Source: Acidimicrobiales bacterium
GTDB lineage: Bacteria; Actinomycetota; Acidimicrobiia; Acidimicrobiales; Aldehydirespiratoraceae
Assembly (NCBI GenBank): GCA_040219515.1
Contig: JAVJSI010000016.1
Coordinates: forward strand, 61,390-125,389
Direction: 5' to 3'
DNA length: 64,000 bases
Numbering within the stretch: position 1 is the first letter of the stretch; each line of letters starts with the position of its first letter. Shown in pieces: positions 44,472-54,323 of this stretch. The position numbers were made by a program, and so were the translations under genes. The notes under the pieces were generated by a model that saw nothing but the letters and a program-made list of their open reading frames with translations, did not search any database and was not told the DNA's origin.

Positions 44472-45605
44472 ATGGTCACCTCGGGGTTTCTGCGCGCCGG
44501 GAATCAGCCGAACGTTCCATCGCCGGCCCCCGAGGGTCCCGAGTGGACCTACGACGAGGCCGACGAGGCCGCCCACGGCTTCCTCGTCGAGGTGGCCGGC
44601 GAGCGGACGATGCCCGAGTTCATCGACGACCCGGTCGAGCACGCCCGGGCCAACGGAATTCTGCTGTTGTTCAGTGACGAAGTGCAGGCGTCGTTCGAGA
44701 CCTACCTGGCCCGGATGCCCGAACCGCGGGTCGAGGCCTGGCGCGATCTGATCGCCGGTGGGGCCAGCTCCGAGGCGTTCGGTCCGCTGACCCTGCAGGA
44801 GAAGCTCGACGAGGAGCAGGTCAGCGAGGCACTTCAGAAGGGCCGCAAACAGCGGACCGTCAATCTCGCAGTCGGTGCACTCGTCTCGTTGGTTGCCATC
44901 GTGGCCGTGGTCGTCACCTACACGCAGTTCATCGCCGACGAGGGCCGAACCGAGGGTGCCTTCCGTTTCGACGGTGAGGACGACCCGCCCGAGGTCGCGG
45001 CTCGCACCGGTGGTCCGCCGGTGGCGAGCGAGACCCTCACCGTCGGCCTGTCCCAGCCGGTGTCGGTGGCGGCGGGAAGCGGGGCCGAGGTCGAGCGGAT
45101 CGTCGCCGCGCCGTTCGCCGACTTCCCGTTCATGCCGGGCGAGATCCGGGCGTCGTTGTTCCAGTACGCGGGAGCCGGGCACGTCGTGTTCGTCGGCCCC
45201 GAGGGGTTCGTCGAAACGGCCTGCCTGCGAGCCAGCGTCGTCACCGCCGATCTGCGACCGTTGGACACGGTCACCCACGGGCCCTGCTCGCAGCCCGTCG
45301 GCCGGGCTGCGTCGGTCGGGTGTCTCGGCACCAGTGCGGTGCTGCTCGACCTCGAGGTTCCCGCCGGTGAGGTGACGTTGCCCGAGGGTGGCACCGGCTT
45401 CGCCGACGCCGTCCGGGTGCAGATGATCGGCGACGACCCCGCCTACGAGGTGCTCACCCTGCGGGGCACCATCGAGGTCGGCCTCGACGAGCCCATCGAC
45501 GTTCCCCGATTCGGTGGAGAGGTCGGCGACGAGCTCGGCTTCGACCTCGGCGCCGACGTGGTCGGCACGTGCACCATCACGGGTGACCTCCCGGGACGCT
45601 CCTGA
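44472..45605 (+). CDS. Hypothetical single-pass membrane protein
   Basis: The first ATG downstream of the divergent maf start was chosen. One TM helix (VNLAVGALVSLVAIVAVVV) is present and I recognise no motif. Its stop overlaps the SRAP gene start. Confidence 0.5.
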   Translation: MVTSGFLRAGNQPNVPSPAPEGPEWTYDEADEAAHGFLVEVAGERTMPEFIDDPVEHARANGILLLFSDEVQASFETYLARMPEPRVEAWRDLIAGGASSEAFGPLTLQEKLDEEQVSEALQKGRKQRTVNLAVGALVSLVAIVAVVVTYTQFIADEGRTEGAFRFDGEDDPPEVAARTGGPPVASETLTVGLSQPVSVAAGSGAEVERIVAAPFADFPFMPGEIRASLFQYAGAGHVVFVGPEGFVETACLRASVVTADLRPLDTVTHGPCSQPVGRAASVGCLGTSAVLLDLEVPAGEVTLPEGGTGFADAVRVQMIGDDPAYEVLTLRGTIEVGLDEPIDVPRFGGEVGDELGFDLGADVVGTCTITGDLPGRS

Positions 45606-46333
45606 TGTGCGGGCGGTTCGCCTCCACCACCCCGCCCGACCAGCTGGCGAAGTACTTCGGCGCGGAGCTGGCCGAGGAGTTGCTCCCCGGGTCGAGCGAC
45701 GCGGACGCGGCGAACTTCAACGTTGCGCCGACCCAGGGCGTCTACACGGTCTACGAGGACGGGGATGTGCGTCGACTCGACGCGTTCCACTGGGGCCTGG
45801 TGCCGTTCTGGGCGAAGGATCCCAAGATCGGGAGCCGCATGATCAACGCCCGGGCCGAGACCCTGGCCGAGAAGAACTCCTACAAGCGGCCGTTCGCCAA
45901 ACGGCGCTGCATCATCCCGGCCGACGGCTTCTACGAGTGGAAGAAGGTCGAGGGTCAGAAGAAGAAGCAGCCGATGTACATGAGCCGGGTCGACGGTGAG
46001 CCGTTCGCCTTCGCCGGGCTGTGGGAGGTGTGGAAGGACGAGAACCACACCGACGGCGACGACGACCCTCTCGAGCTCCACAGCTGCACCATCATCACCG
46101 GTGAGCCCAACGAGAAAGTGGCCGCAGTCCACGACCGAATGCCGGTCATGCTGCCGCCCGAACGGTGGGATGCCTGGCTCGATCGCGACAATCGCGACAT
46201 CGAGAGCCTTCAGCAGTTCCTCGTGCCCGCGCCGGCGCAGCTGATCCGCCTGCATCCCGTGTCGACGGCGGTCAACAACGTGCGCAACAACGGCCCGGAC
46301 CTGATCGACGAGGCCGAGCCGGTGAGCGACTGA
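45605..46333 (+). CDS. yedK: SOS-response-associated peptidase (SRAP/YedK, abasic-site DNA-protein crosslink)
   Basis: Starts MCGRF (catalytic Cys2), then FHWGLVPFWAKD, NARAETLAEK, IIPADGFYEW. Confidence 0.9.
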   Translation: MCGRFASTTPPDQLAKYFGAELAEELLPGSSDADAANFNVAPTQGVYTVYEDGDVRRLDAFHWGLVPFWAKDPKIGSRMINARAETLAEKNSYKRPFAKRRCIIPADGFYEWKKVEGQKKKQPMYMSRVDGEPFAFAGLWEVWKDENHTDGDDDPLELHSCTIITGEPNEKVAAVHDRMPVMLPPERWDAWLDRDNRDIESLQQFLVPAPAQLIRLHPVSTAVNNVRNNGPDLIDEAEPVSD

Positions 46334-46338
46334 GCCGA

Positions 46339-46737
46339 TCAGCCAGTGAGCGCGTCGCTCAGCTGGAGTTGCAGACGATCGAGGTCGTCCTGATCGGGCG
46401 ACGTGTCGGCCTGCGCGAAGTCGAGCGCCGCCATGGAGTCCATCGGGACGACATGGATGTGCACGTGGGGCACCTCGAAGCCGGCGATCATCAGGCCGAT
46501 GCGGGCAGGGGAGAGGAGCGCCTTCTGTGCGTTGCCGATCCGATGGGCGACGCCGGTGAGGTGCTGCACAGTGATGGTGTCGAGATCGGTCCACTGGTCG
46601 ACTTCGGTCCGCGGGACCACCAGGGCATGGCCCCGGGCCAACGGCCGGATGTCGAGAAACGACACGCAGGTTTCGTCCTGCCAGATGAAACGGCCGGGGA
46701 TCTCGCCGTCGATGATGCGGGTATAGATGGAAGCCAC
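46339..46737 (-). CDS. HIT-family (histidine triad) protein
   Basis: IYTRIIDGEIPGRFIWQD...RGHALVVP...VPHVHIHVVP (HxHxHxx). Confidence 0.9.
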   Translation of the reverse strand: MASIYTRIIDGEIPGRFIWQDETCVSFLDIRPLARGHALVVPRTEVDQWTDLDTITVQHLTGVAHRIGNAQKALLSPARIGLMIAGFEVPHVHIHVVPMDSMAALDFAQADTSPDQDDLDRLQLQLSDALTG

Positions 46738-46760
46738 CCCTGGATCGTAGGCTCCGCACC

Positions 46761-47378
46761 GTGAGCCCCGACGAACCGCCGCCGCGAGACCGCCAGATCG
46801 GCATCTTCGAGGATCGGATCGTCACGGTTCCCAACCTCATCTCGCTGGCCCGCCTCGCCTGCATCCCCGTGTTTCTCTGGCTGCTGTTCAGCGAAGACGA
46901 CCGCCTGGGCGCGGCACTCCTGTGGGCCGTCGTCGGCGCCACCGACTGGGTCGACGGATGGTGGGCCCGGAAGTTCGACGTGGTCAGCGAGTTCGGGAAG
47001 CTGATCGACCCGGTGACCGACCGGGCGGTGTTGATCGTGGGTGTGTTCGCGGTCGGGGTCGACGGGTCGGTGCCGTGGTGGTTGGTCGGCCTCACGCTCG
47101 CCCGCGAAGTGCTCGTGGCCATCGCGGGCGTCGTGCTCGGGGCACTCGGTGCCCGCCGCATCGACGTCACGTGGTGGGGCAAGTGCGCGACCTTCGGCCT
47201 GTATTTCGCCTTCCCACTGCTGCTCGGCGGCGCGTCGGATGCGGGTGTCGCCGATGCCCTCCGCTGGGCCGGGTGGGCCTGTGCGATACCCTCGCTGATC
47301 TACTCCTACCTCTCGGCCGCGCAGTACATCCCTCTCGGACTCACGGCGCTGCGCGAAGGTCGTCTCGACCGGGCCTAG
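46761..47378 (+). CDS. CDP-alcohol phosphatidyltransferase (PgsA/cardiolipin synthase type)
   Basis: GATDWVDGWWARKFDVVSEFGKLIDPVTDR matches DG(x)2AR(x)8G(x)3D(x)3D. GTG start. Confidence 0.85.
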   Translation: MSPDEPPPRDRQIGIFEDRIVTVPNLISLARLACIPVFLWLLFSEDDRLGAALLWAVVGATDWVDGWWARKFDVVSEFGKLIDPVTDRAVLIVGVFAVGVDGSVPWWLVGLTLAREVLVAIAGVVLGALGARRIDVTWWGKCATFGLYFAFPLLLGGASDAGVADALRWAGWACAIPSLIYSYLSAAQYIPLGLTALREGRLDRA

Positions 47379-50300
47379 TCGTCGGGGTCATCCACAGTGA
47401 CGGTGAAGACGAACGGGGTCGACGTGTCGGTCCCGCCGCCGTCATCGCGGAGCTCGATCGTGATGGTCGAGGTGCCGAACGAGGACCCGGTGAAGGTGAG
47501 GGCACCCGACGAGTCGACGGCCGGCGGGACGGAGAAGATTCCAGGGTTCGTGTTCCCGGTGACCACGAAGGAGAGGACCTGCGACGATTCGTTGGCTGCG
47601 CCGGCCGATATCGCCGACGCCCAGCCGGCGAACGTTGCTGATCCCGGGAAAACCGTTCTGTCGGGCCCGCCGGTGAAGCTCGGGGCGTCGTTCACCGCGG
47701 TGATGGTGAAGGAGACCGTCGCGGTGGCGCACAGCCCGACGCTGTCGCACACCTGGTAGTCGAACGACTCGGCGCCGTTGGCGTCGGCGGTCGGGGTGTA
47801 GTCGATGGTGCCGTCGGGGCGCGGTACCGCCGTGCCGCGAGACGCAGGCGACGTGATGGTCACGCTCGTGGGATCGATGTTGGGATCGACGTCGTTGGCG
47901 AGCACATCGATGTTCACGGTGGCTGCGTCCTCGAGGATCGCGGCTTCCGCATCATCGACGGCCACAGGTGCCACGTTGGCGGTGGTGAGCACCAGGGCGC
48001 TCGGGTAGTCGGCCGTCATCGCGATCCACATGTCGTGCTTGGTGAACTGGACCCAGAGCACGAGTTCGTGGCCGGGCAGCACGTCGTGGGTGACGGTGCC
48101 GAGATCGATCTCGCGGTACGACCATTCGTCGTCCTCATCGCCCCATTCCTCGACGAAGAAGTCGGTCGATGCGATGGAGGTGCAGCTACTGCCGAGGCAG
48201 TCGTACAGCCAGATGTAGGGATGGGTGTCGTGATCCCCGTGGAAACCCGCGGTGCTCGACCAGAGCTGGAGGGTGACCGGTCCGTCGAGCGAGACGGTGC
48301 CGGCCGACGCCGGAAGGGTCCAGGTCTGGTACTCGTCACCCGGCGGGGAGAACAGGCGACCGAGCAGGCTGCCGCTCTTCTCGATCGTCAGTCCGGGGTC
48401 GTCGTCGCCGTCGGCGTCGAAGACGGGATCGCTCGAGGCGGGTGGTGCAACCACGAGATCGTAGTCGTCGGCCGAGCCGCCGCGGTCGTCGAGGTACCAG
48501 CTGACAGTGGAGATGCCGTCGTCGATGAGCACCCGGACGGTGGCGACGTCGGTGGAGCCCCCCGGATCGCGGACGCGGTAGACGAACGTATCGGTACCGA
48601 CGAATCCGGGGTCGGGTGTGTAGGTGAACGAGCCGTCGGCTGCGAGGACGACGGAGCCGTCGGAGGGGACGACGACCGGGGTGGTTTCGACGGTGAGCGG
48701 TTCGCGGTCGGGATCGCCGTCGTTCGTGAGCAGGCCCGGAGCGACGACGACGAGATCGGTGTCCTCGGCGCCGGCATAGCCGTCGTCGGCTGCGATCGGT
48801 GCGTCGGGCCCCGGAGTGACCGTGAACCGGCCGACTGCGCTGTCGCTGCCGCCGGCGCCATCGGTCACCGTGTAGGAGAAGGTGATCACGCCGTTCCAGT
48901 CGGCACCGGGTACGAAACGGAACACGCCACCGCTCTGGAGCGTGAGTGTGCCGTACTCGATGCCCGACGCGTCGTAGCCCGAAACCGAGAGGAAATCGAG
49001 GTCGCTGTCGGTGTCGTTCGCCAGAACATTCAACAGCCCGAACGGCGCGTCCTCCGCGATCGTCGTCGAGTCGTCGTTGGCGATCGGCGCGTCGTTGGCG
49101 CTGGTCACGGAGATGAGAGCGGTCACCGGGTCCGACCGGTCGATCCCACCGTTCGAGGTTCCGCCGTTGTCGGCCGCTGTGACGGTGATCGTCGCGGTGC
49201 CGTGCGCATCGGCCCTCGGCCGGAATGTGAGGGTGCCCGACGGGCTGACGGCGGGTGCGGTGACGAACAGCGAGGGGTTGGTGGTCTTCACGGAGAACAC
49301 GACGGATTGGCCGGTCTCGTCGGCGGGTCCCGGGGAGATCGTCCTGGCCCACCCGCTCCGGCTGACCAGGCCTGCGTCCTCGGAGACGGTCACCGGTGAC
49401 CCCGCGGTGAAGGACGGTGCGTCGTTGACCGCCGTGACGCTGACGGACACCCACGCCCGGCTGCACGAACCGACAAGATCGCAGATCTCGTATTCGAAGG
49501 TCGAGACGCCGTTGCGATCGGCCGCGGGGGTGAAGCGGATCTTGCCGCTCTCGACCACGGCACTGCCGCTGGTCGGATCCGAGGTGATCGCGAGCGTGGA
49601 CAGGTCGGCGCCTCCCGACCCGGCGAGATCGTTGGCGAGGACGTGGATGAGCGCGCTGCCGTCCTCGAGAACGGCAGCCGTGTCGGCGAAGGCGGCCATG
49701 CGCACCGGTGCGGCCCCGACGATGATCGTCGCAGTGGCGCTCGCCCGGGCGCCGGCCGGATCCTGCACGGTGTAGCGGAGCGAGCCCGTTCCCTGGAAGC
49801 CGACGGCGGGCTTGAACGTCACGTTCGCGCCGTCGTGGGTCGCCGTCCCGCCGACGATGTCGCTCATCGCGACGATCGTGAGCGGGTCGCCGTCGACGTC
49901 GGTGTCGTTGGCGAGCACCGGAACGAGGACCTCCGTCCGGTAGGGGGTCGAGACGCCATCGGCCGATGCCTTCGGCGCGTCGTTGACCGGGACGATGTCG
50001 ACCGTGACCCGTCCCGTGGCGCTGCCGCCGTTGCCATCGCCGATCTGGTATTCGAGCACCGTTCGACCGTTGGCGTCGGGTGGCGGTGTGTAGCGCACAC
50101 CGTTGGAGACGATCGCCGCCGAATCGCCGATGTACCCGCCCACCCGGGCGACAGAGAGCAACGCGAGCGTGTCGCCGTCGGCATCGGTGTCGTTGGCCAG
50201 CACGTCGATGACGACAGGGGAGTCCTCATTCGTCGTTGCGGTGTCGGGAGTGGCGACGGGGTCGTCGTTCACGCTCGTGACGGCGATGGTGACGGTCGAC

Positions 50301-51664
50301 GTGGTGCACCGGTCGTTCTTGCAGGACTCCACGGTGGCGACCACGGTGCCGGTGGCGTCGGGACCCGGTGTGTAGCGGAGGATCTGGTCGGCGCCGAGAT
50401 GCAGTGTTCCTTCGTTCGGCGTCGAGAGCAGGCGGATACTGTCGGGCGACCCGAGGAGATCGCCGAGGTCGGCCGTCATCTCCGCGTCCTCCGAGGTGGC
50501 CAGCGCGAGGTCGGGGGCCACGTAGGCGATGTCGTCGTCGGCGATGAACTCGACTCCGATCGCGGCGGGTTCGGGCTGCTCGTCGACCACGGTGGGCATG
50601 AGTCCGCTGAGGGCGGCGCCGACCACGGCCATGGCCGAGGTGATGGCTGTCGTGGCGACCGGGGCGACCGGCGTCTGACCGATGACCGGGAGTTGGGTGA
50701 GCCACGACATGGGGCCCATGACGAGGCGCAGGCGGCCGAGTCCGATGCTCAGGAAGGCCCGGACGACCTGCGGGTCGAACTGCGTGCCGGCATTGGCCGC
50801 GAGCTCCTTGCGGCCGAACTCGGCCGAGTGGGGCGGTTTGTAGGACCGAGCCGAGGTGATCACGTCGTAGGCATCGGCCACTGCGACGATGCGGCCCGAC
50901 AGCGAGATCTCCTCGGCGGCCAGCCCGTTGGGATAGCCGCCCCCGTCCCAGCGTTCGTGATGTTGGGAGGCGGCATCAGCCCAGGAACCGAGCCATCCCC
51001 GGAGGGGCTCGACCAGGTGCGCGCCCATCGCCGGATGGCTCCGCAGGATCGCCCACTCCTCGTCGTCGGGGCGGCCGTTCTTGCAAAGGATCTCTGGCGG
51101 CACCGACAGCTTGCCGACATCGTGGATCAGGCCGGCCCAATGGAGCTTCGCGAGTTCGTGCTCCGGGAGACCCATCTCCTCGCCGATCATCAGGGAGTAC
51201 GCCCGGACCCGCTCGGTGTGGCCCCGGGTCAAGCGATCGTGTCGATTGAGTTCGGCGGCGAGCATGAGGAGATGCTCGGCCGCCTCCTGCGGCGTCTGCT
51301 CGTCGAGTGTGCCTTCGGCAACGCTGCGCTGGAGCTGTCGCACGGTGTTGTGGCGGATCGCGAGCTTGAAGCGCGACGGAGCATGATCGGGAAAGACGAG
51401 CGACAACCGGAAGAGGGCGACGATCGGCAGAAGATGGCGCAGGATCCGGTCGCCGATGTAGACGATCGCCATCACCGCTGCGGTCAGGAGGGCGAACCAC
51501 GCGATCGTGGGAAACAGGCCTCCGGGCCGCTCGATGACCCGGTCCGCGACGGAGATGAACGCGATCGCGGTGATCAACGGCAGCAGGAAGATGACCAACC
51601 GGAGTACGGCTGCGACGAGAGGTCGCTGGGTCCATCCCGTCGATCCGGGAGCTGACTCGGACAT
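47375..51664 (-). CDS. Membrane protein: 2 TM + HD-GYP domain + TM + ~1070 aa of cadherin-like/Ig-like repeats
   Basis: HD-GYP at residues ~140-305 (HTERVRAYS...HDVGKL...HHERWDGGGYPNGL). Hydrophobic segments lie at ~16-40, ~51-71 and ~338-360. At least 7 modules of the ..VNDAP.A.DD...T.ED..V.I.VLANDTD.DGD.L type follow. Confidence 0.85.
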   Translation of the reverse strand: MSESAPGSTGWTQRPLVAAVLRLVIFLLPLITAIAFISVADRVIERPGGLFPTIAWFALLTAAVMAIVYIGDRILRHLLPIVALFRLSLVFPDHAPSRFKLAIRHNTVRQLQRSVAEGTLDEQTPQEAAEHLLMLAAELNRHDRLTRGHTERVRAYSLMIGEEMGLPEHELAKLHWAGLIHDVGKLSVPPEILCKNGRPDDEEWAILRSHPAMGAHLVEPLRGWLGSWADAASQHHERWDGGGYPNGLAAEEISLSGRIVAVADAYDVITSARSYKPPHSAEFGRKELAANAGTQFDPQVVRAFLSIGLGRLRLVMGPMSWLTQLPVIGQTPVAPVATTAITSAMAVVGAALSGLMPTVVDEQPEPAAIGVEFIADDDIAYVAPDLALATSEDAEMTADLGDLLGSPDSIRLLSTPNEGTLHLGADQILRYTPGPDATGTVVATVESCKNDRCTTSTVTIAVTSVNDDPVATPDTATTNEDSPVVIDVLANDTDADGDTLALLSVARVGGYIGDSAAIVSNGVRYTPPPDANGRTVLEYQIGDGNGGSATGRVTVDIVPVNDAPKASADGVSTPYRTEVLVPVLANDTDVDGDPLTIVAMSDIVGGTATHDGANVTFKPAVGFQGTGSLRYTVQDPAGARASATATIIVGAAPVRMAAFADTAAVLEDGSALIHVLANDLAGSGGADLSTLAITSDPTSGSAVVESGKIRFTPAADRNGVSTFEYEICDLVGSCSRAWVSVSVTAVNDAPSFTAGSPVTVSEDAGLVSRSGWARTISPGPADETGQSVVFSVKTTNPSLFVTAPAVSPSGTLTFRPRADAHGTATITVTAADNGGTSNGGIDRSDPVTALISVTSANDAPIANDDSTTIAEDAPFGLLNVLANDTDSDLDFLSVSGYDASGIEYGTLTLQSGGVFRFVPGADWNGVITFSYTVTDGAGGSDSAVGRFTVTPGPDAPIAADDGYAGAEDTDLVVVAPGLLTNDGDPDREPLTVETTPVVVPSDGSVVLAADGSFTYTPDPGFVGTDTFVYRVRDPGGSTDVATVRVLIDDGISTVSWYLDDRGGSADDYDLVVAPPASSDPVFDADGDDDPGLTIEKSGSLLGRLFSPPGDEYQTWTLPASAGTVSLDGPVTLQLWSSTAGFHGDHDTHPYIWLYDCLGSSCTSIASTDFFVEEWGDEDDEWSYREIDLGTVTHDVLPGHELVLWVQFTKHDMWIAMTADYPSALVLTTANVAPVAVDDAEAAILEDAATVNIDVLANDVDPNIDPTSVTITSPASRGTAVPRPDGTIDYTPTADANGAESFDYQVCDSVGLCATATVSFTITAVNDAPSFTGGPDRTVFPGSATFAGWASAISAGAANESSQVLSFVVTGNTNPGIFSVPPAVDSSGALTFTGSSFGTSTITIELRDDGGGTDTSTPFVFTVTVDDPDD

Positions 51665-51792
51665 ACCCTTTCCCGTCGGCGGGGCCTGTGCACCAATTCA
51701 GCTGCGCCAGAAGATAGGGCCGATCGACCTACGGCCGGCCGAACGCCGAGCACGACTCTTGACGGGGAATTCCGCGTACTAGGTTCGGCGGT

Positions 51793-54282
51793 ATGAAGGC
51801 CGTGATCATGGCGGGCGGCGAGGGCACTCGACTTCGCCCGCTGACCTCCAACGTTCCGAAACCGATGATGCCCCTGGCCAACCGGCCGATGATGGAGCAC
51901 ATCCTCGATCTGCTGAAACAACACGGGTTCGACGAGGTCGTCGTCACCGTGTCGTTCATGGCGAACCACATCCGGAACTGGTTCGGCGACGGCTCGGAGT
52001 TCGGGGTCAAGATGACCTACGCCGTCGAGGAGACGCCGCTCGGGACCGCCGGGTCGGTGCGCAACGCGATGGACGAGTTGACCGAACCGTTCCTGGTGAT
52101 CTCCGGTGACGTCCTCACCGATGTGGACCTCACGAAGATCGTCGAGGCGCACAAGGCCAAGGGCGCGCTCGCCACGATCGGACTGATCCGGGTCGACAAT
52201 CCGCTCGAGTTCGGCATCGTGATCACCCGCGACGACGGCTCGATCGAACGGTTCCTCGAGAAGCCGGGCTGGGGCCAGGTCTTCAGCGACACCATCAACT
52301 CGGGCATCTTCGTTCTCGAACCGGAGATCTTCGACTACATCGAGGCCGACCGACCCGTCGACTTCTCGAGCGAGGTGTTCCCAGCCCTCCTGGCCGACGA
52401 GAAGCCGCTCTTCGGCGCCGTGGCCGAGGGCTACTGGGAGGACGTGGGCAATCTCGAGAGCTACGTCAGCGCCCATGGCGACATCCTCGACGGTCGGGTG
52501 AAGGTGGCGATCGACGGCTTCGAGCAGACCGAGGGTCTCTTCGTCGGCACCAACGTGAAGATCGATCCGACGGCCACCGTCACCGGGCCCGGCGTGATCG
52601 GTGACAACTGCCGTATCGAGGCCGGGGTGCGGCTCGGCCCCTACACCGTCCTGGGGGCCAACGTACGCGTGCGGGCCGACGCCGACATCGAGAGAGCGGT
52701 CATCGCCGACAACGCCTACATCGCCGAACGGGTGAACGTGGGCGGCGCCGTCATCGGACGGGCCTGTGATCTGCGGGCCGGTGTGAAGGTCGACGAGGGT
52801 GCCGTGATCGGCGACGAATGCTTCGTCGGCGAGGGTGCGGTGATCGGCTCCGACGTCAAGATCTATCCGTTCAAGACCATCGAGGCGGGCGCCGCGGTCA
52901 ACACCTCGATCGTCTGGGAGAGCAAGGGCGCCCGCAGCCTTTTCGGCCGCGACGGTGTGTCGGGGCTCGCCAATGTCGACATCACCCCCGAACTCGCCAC
53001 GCGTCTGGCGATGGCCTACGGCTCCACCCTCCAGCAGGGCGACGTGGTCATCACGGCTCGCGACTCGTCCCGGTCGGCCCGCATGCTGAAGCGGGCCGTC
53101 CACGCCGGCCTCAACGCCACGGGGATCTCCGTGCAGGACCTCGAGGTCGTCCCCCTGCCGGTCACCCGCTTCACCACCCGGCGGCCCGCCATCGCCGGTG
53201 CCGTGGCGCTGCGCCTCGAACGCAACGACCCCAACAGCGTCGTGATCCAGTTCATGGACGGCGACGGGGCCGACCTGGCCGAGAACGGCCACCGCAAGAT
53301 CGAGAGGATCTTCAATCGCGAGGACTACCGCCGTGTGCTCCCCAGCGAGATCGGCGACATCGACTATCCGCCGAGGGCGCTGGAGCACTATGCGACCGCG
53401 CTCGAGTCGATGGTCGATCTTCCGGCGATTCGGGCTGCTCGCACCAAGGTGGTCGCCGACTACGGCAACGGCGCGGTGTCGTTCATCATGCCGAACCTGC
53501 TCGCCAAGCTGGGCGCGGAGGTACTTGCGATCAATCCTTTCGCGAGCACGCAGCGCGCCGTCGACTTCGACCGCGAGGCCAACGCCAAGGTCGTGGCCGA
53601 CATGGTGATCTCGTCGGCGGCCGGGCTCGGCGTGATGTTCTCGGCCGGCGGCCAGCTGCTGAGTGTGGTCGACGACACCGGACGACTGCTCGCCCACACC
53701 GAGCTCGTCCTGGCGCTGATCGACCTGATGGGCGACGACCTCGACGGCGCCCGCGTGGCGCTGCCGGTCTCCATGACCTCCAGAGCCGGCCGGCTGGTCG
53801 AGGCTCACAATGGTTCGGTCGTGCTCACCCAGACGTCCGGGGCCGCCATCATGAGCGCTGCGTCCGACCCCTTCGTGTGCTTCGCGGCCGACACCAACGG
53901 CCGCTACGTCGTGCCGGAGTTCATGCCCGCCTTCGACGCCACGGCCACGTTCGTGTCGCTGCTCGGACTCCTCGCCTCGAGCGGCCGCAAGCTGAGCGAC
54001 GTGGTCGATGCCCTGCCCGAGGTGTTCATGGTCACCCGTGAGGTGGTCACGCCGTGGGAACAGAAGGGCGCGGTGATGAGAGTCCTCGTCGAGCAGTCCA
54101 ACGATCGCGACGTCGACCTGGTCGACGGTGTGCGCATCCATCATCCCGAGGGCTGGGCGCTCGTGCTGCCCGATCCCGACGACCCGGTCACCCGGGTGAC
54201 GGCCGAGGGCGACGACCTCGCGTCGGCCGAACGCCTGGCCGACGAGTACGTCCGGCGTATCGAACAGATGGTTCGTTCCTGA
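51793..54282 (+). CDS. Fused sugar-phosphate nucleotidyltransferase (ManC/GlmU-like, with LbH) + phosphomannomutase/phosphoglucomutase
   Basis: MKAVIMAGGEGTRLRPLT...LGTAGSV..ISGDVLTD, then hexapeptide repeats, then PGM/PMM domains (829 aa). Confidence 0.9.
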   Translation: MKAVIMAGGEGTRLRPLTSNVPKPMMPLANRPMMEHILDLLKQHGFDEVVVTVSFMANHIRNWFGDGSEFGVKMTYAVEETPLGTAGSVRNAMDELTEPFLVISGDVLTDVDLTKIVEAHKAKGALATIGLIRVDNPLEFGIVITRDDGSIERFLEKPGWGQVFSDTINSGIFVLEPEIFDYIEADRPVDFSSEVFPALLADEKPLFGAVAEGYWEDVGNLESYVSAHGDILDGRVKVAIDGFEQTEGLFVGTNVKIDPTATVTGPGVIGDNCRIEAGVRLGPYTVLGANVRVRADADIERAVIADNAYIAERVNVGGAVIGRACDLRAGVKVDEGAVIGDECFVGEGAVIGSDVKIYPFKTIEAGAAVNTSIVWESKGARSLFGRDGVSGLANVDITPELATRLAMAYGSTLQQGDVVITARDSSRSARMLKRAVHAGLNATGISVQDLEVVPLPVTRFTTRRPAIAGAVALRLERNDPNSVVIQFMDGDGADLAENGHRKIERIFNREDYRRVLPSEIGDIDYPPRALEHYATALESMVDLPAIRAARTKVVADYGNGAVSFIMPNLLAKLGAEVLAINPFASTQRAVDFDREANAKVVADMVISSAAGLGVMFSAGGQLLSVVDDTGRLLAHTELVLALIDLMGDDLDGARVALPVSMTSRAGRLVEAHNGSVVLTQTSGAAIMSAASDPFVCFAADTNGRYVVPEFMPAFDATATFVSLLGLLASSGRKLSDVVDALPEVFMVTREVVTPWEQKGAVMRVLVEQSNDRDVDLVDGVRIHHPEGWALVLPDPDDPVTRVTAEGDDLASAERLADEYVRRIEQMVRS

Positions 54283-54323
54283 CCAGCGCGCCTGGCCCGG
54301 GGTCTTGCGTTAGGTTCTCGACC

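Noticed and set aside
47397-51655. Plus-strand ORFs (48035..49399, 49643..51655 and others) and the periodic repeats inside the giant gene, considered as possible separate genes or a CRISPR-like array
   Set aside because: The repeats are ~100-aa coding modules (VNDAP...ANDTD.DGD) of variable sequence on the minus strand. They have no short identical direct repeats with unique spacers. The plus-strand ORFs are shadow frames.
51574-54144. 856-aa minus-strand ORF antisense to the nucleotidyltransferase/PMM fusion gene
   Set aside because: The plus strand has clear NTP-transferase and PGM/PMM motifs, and the antisense product has none.
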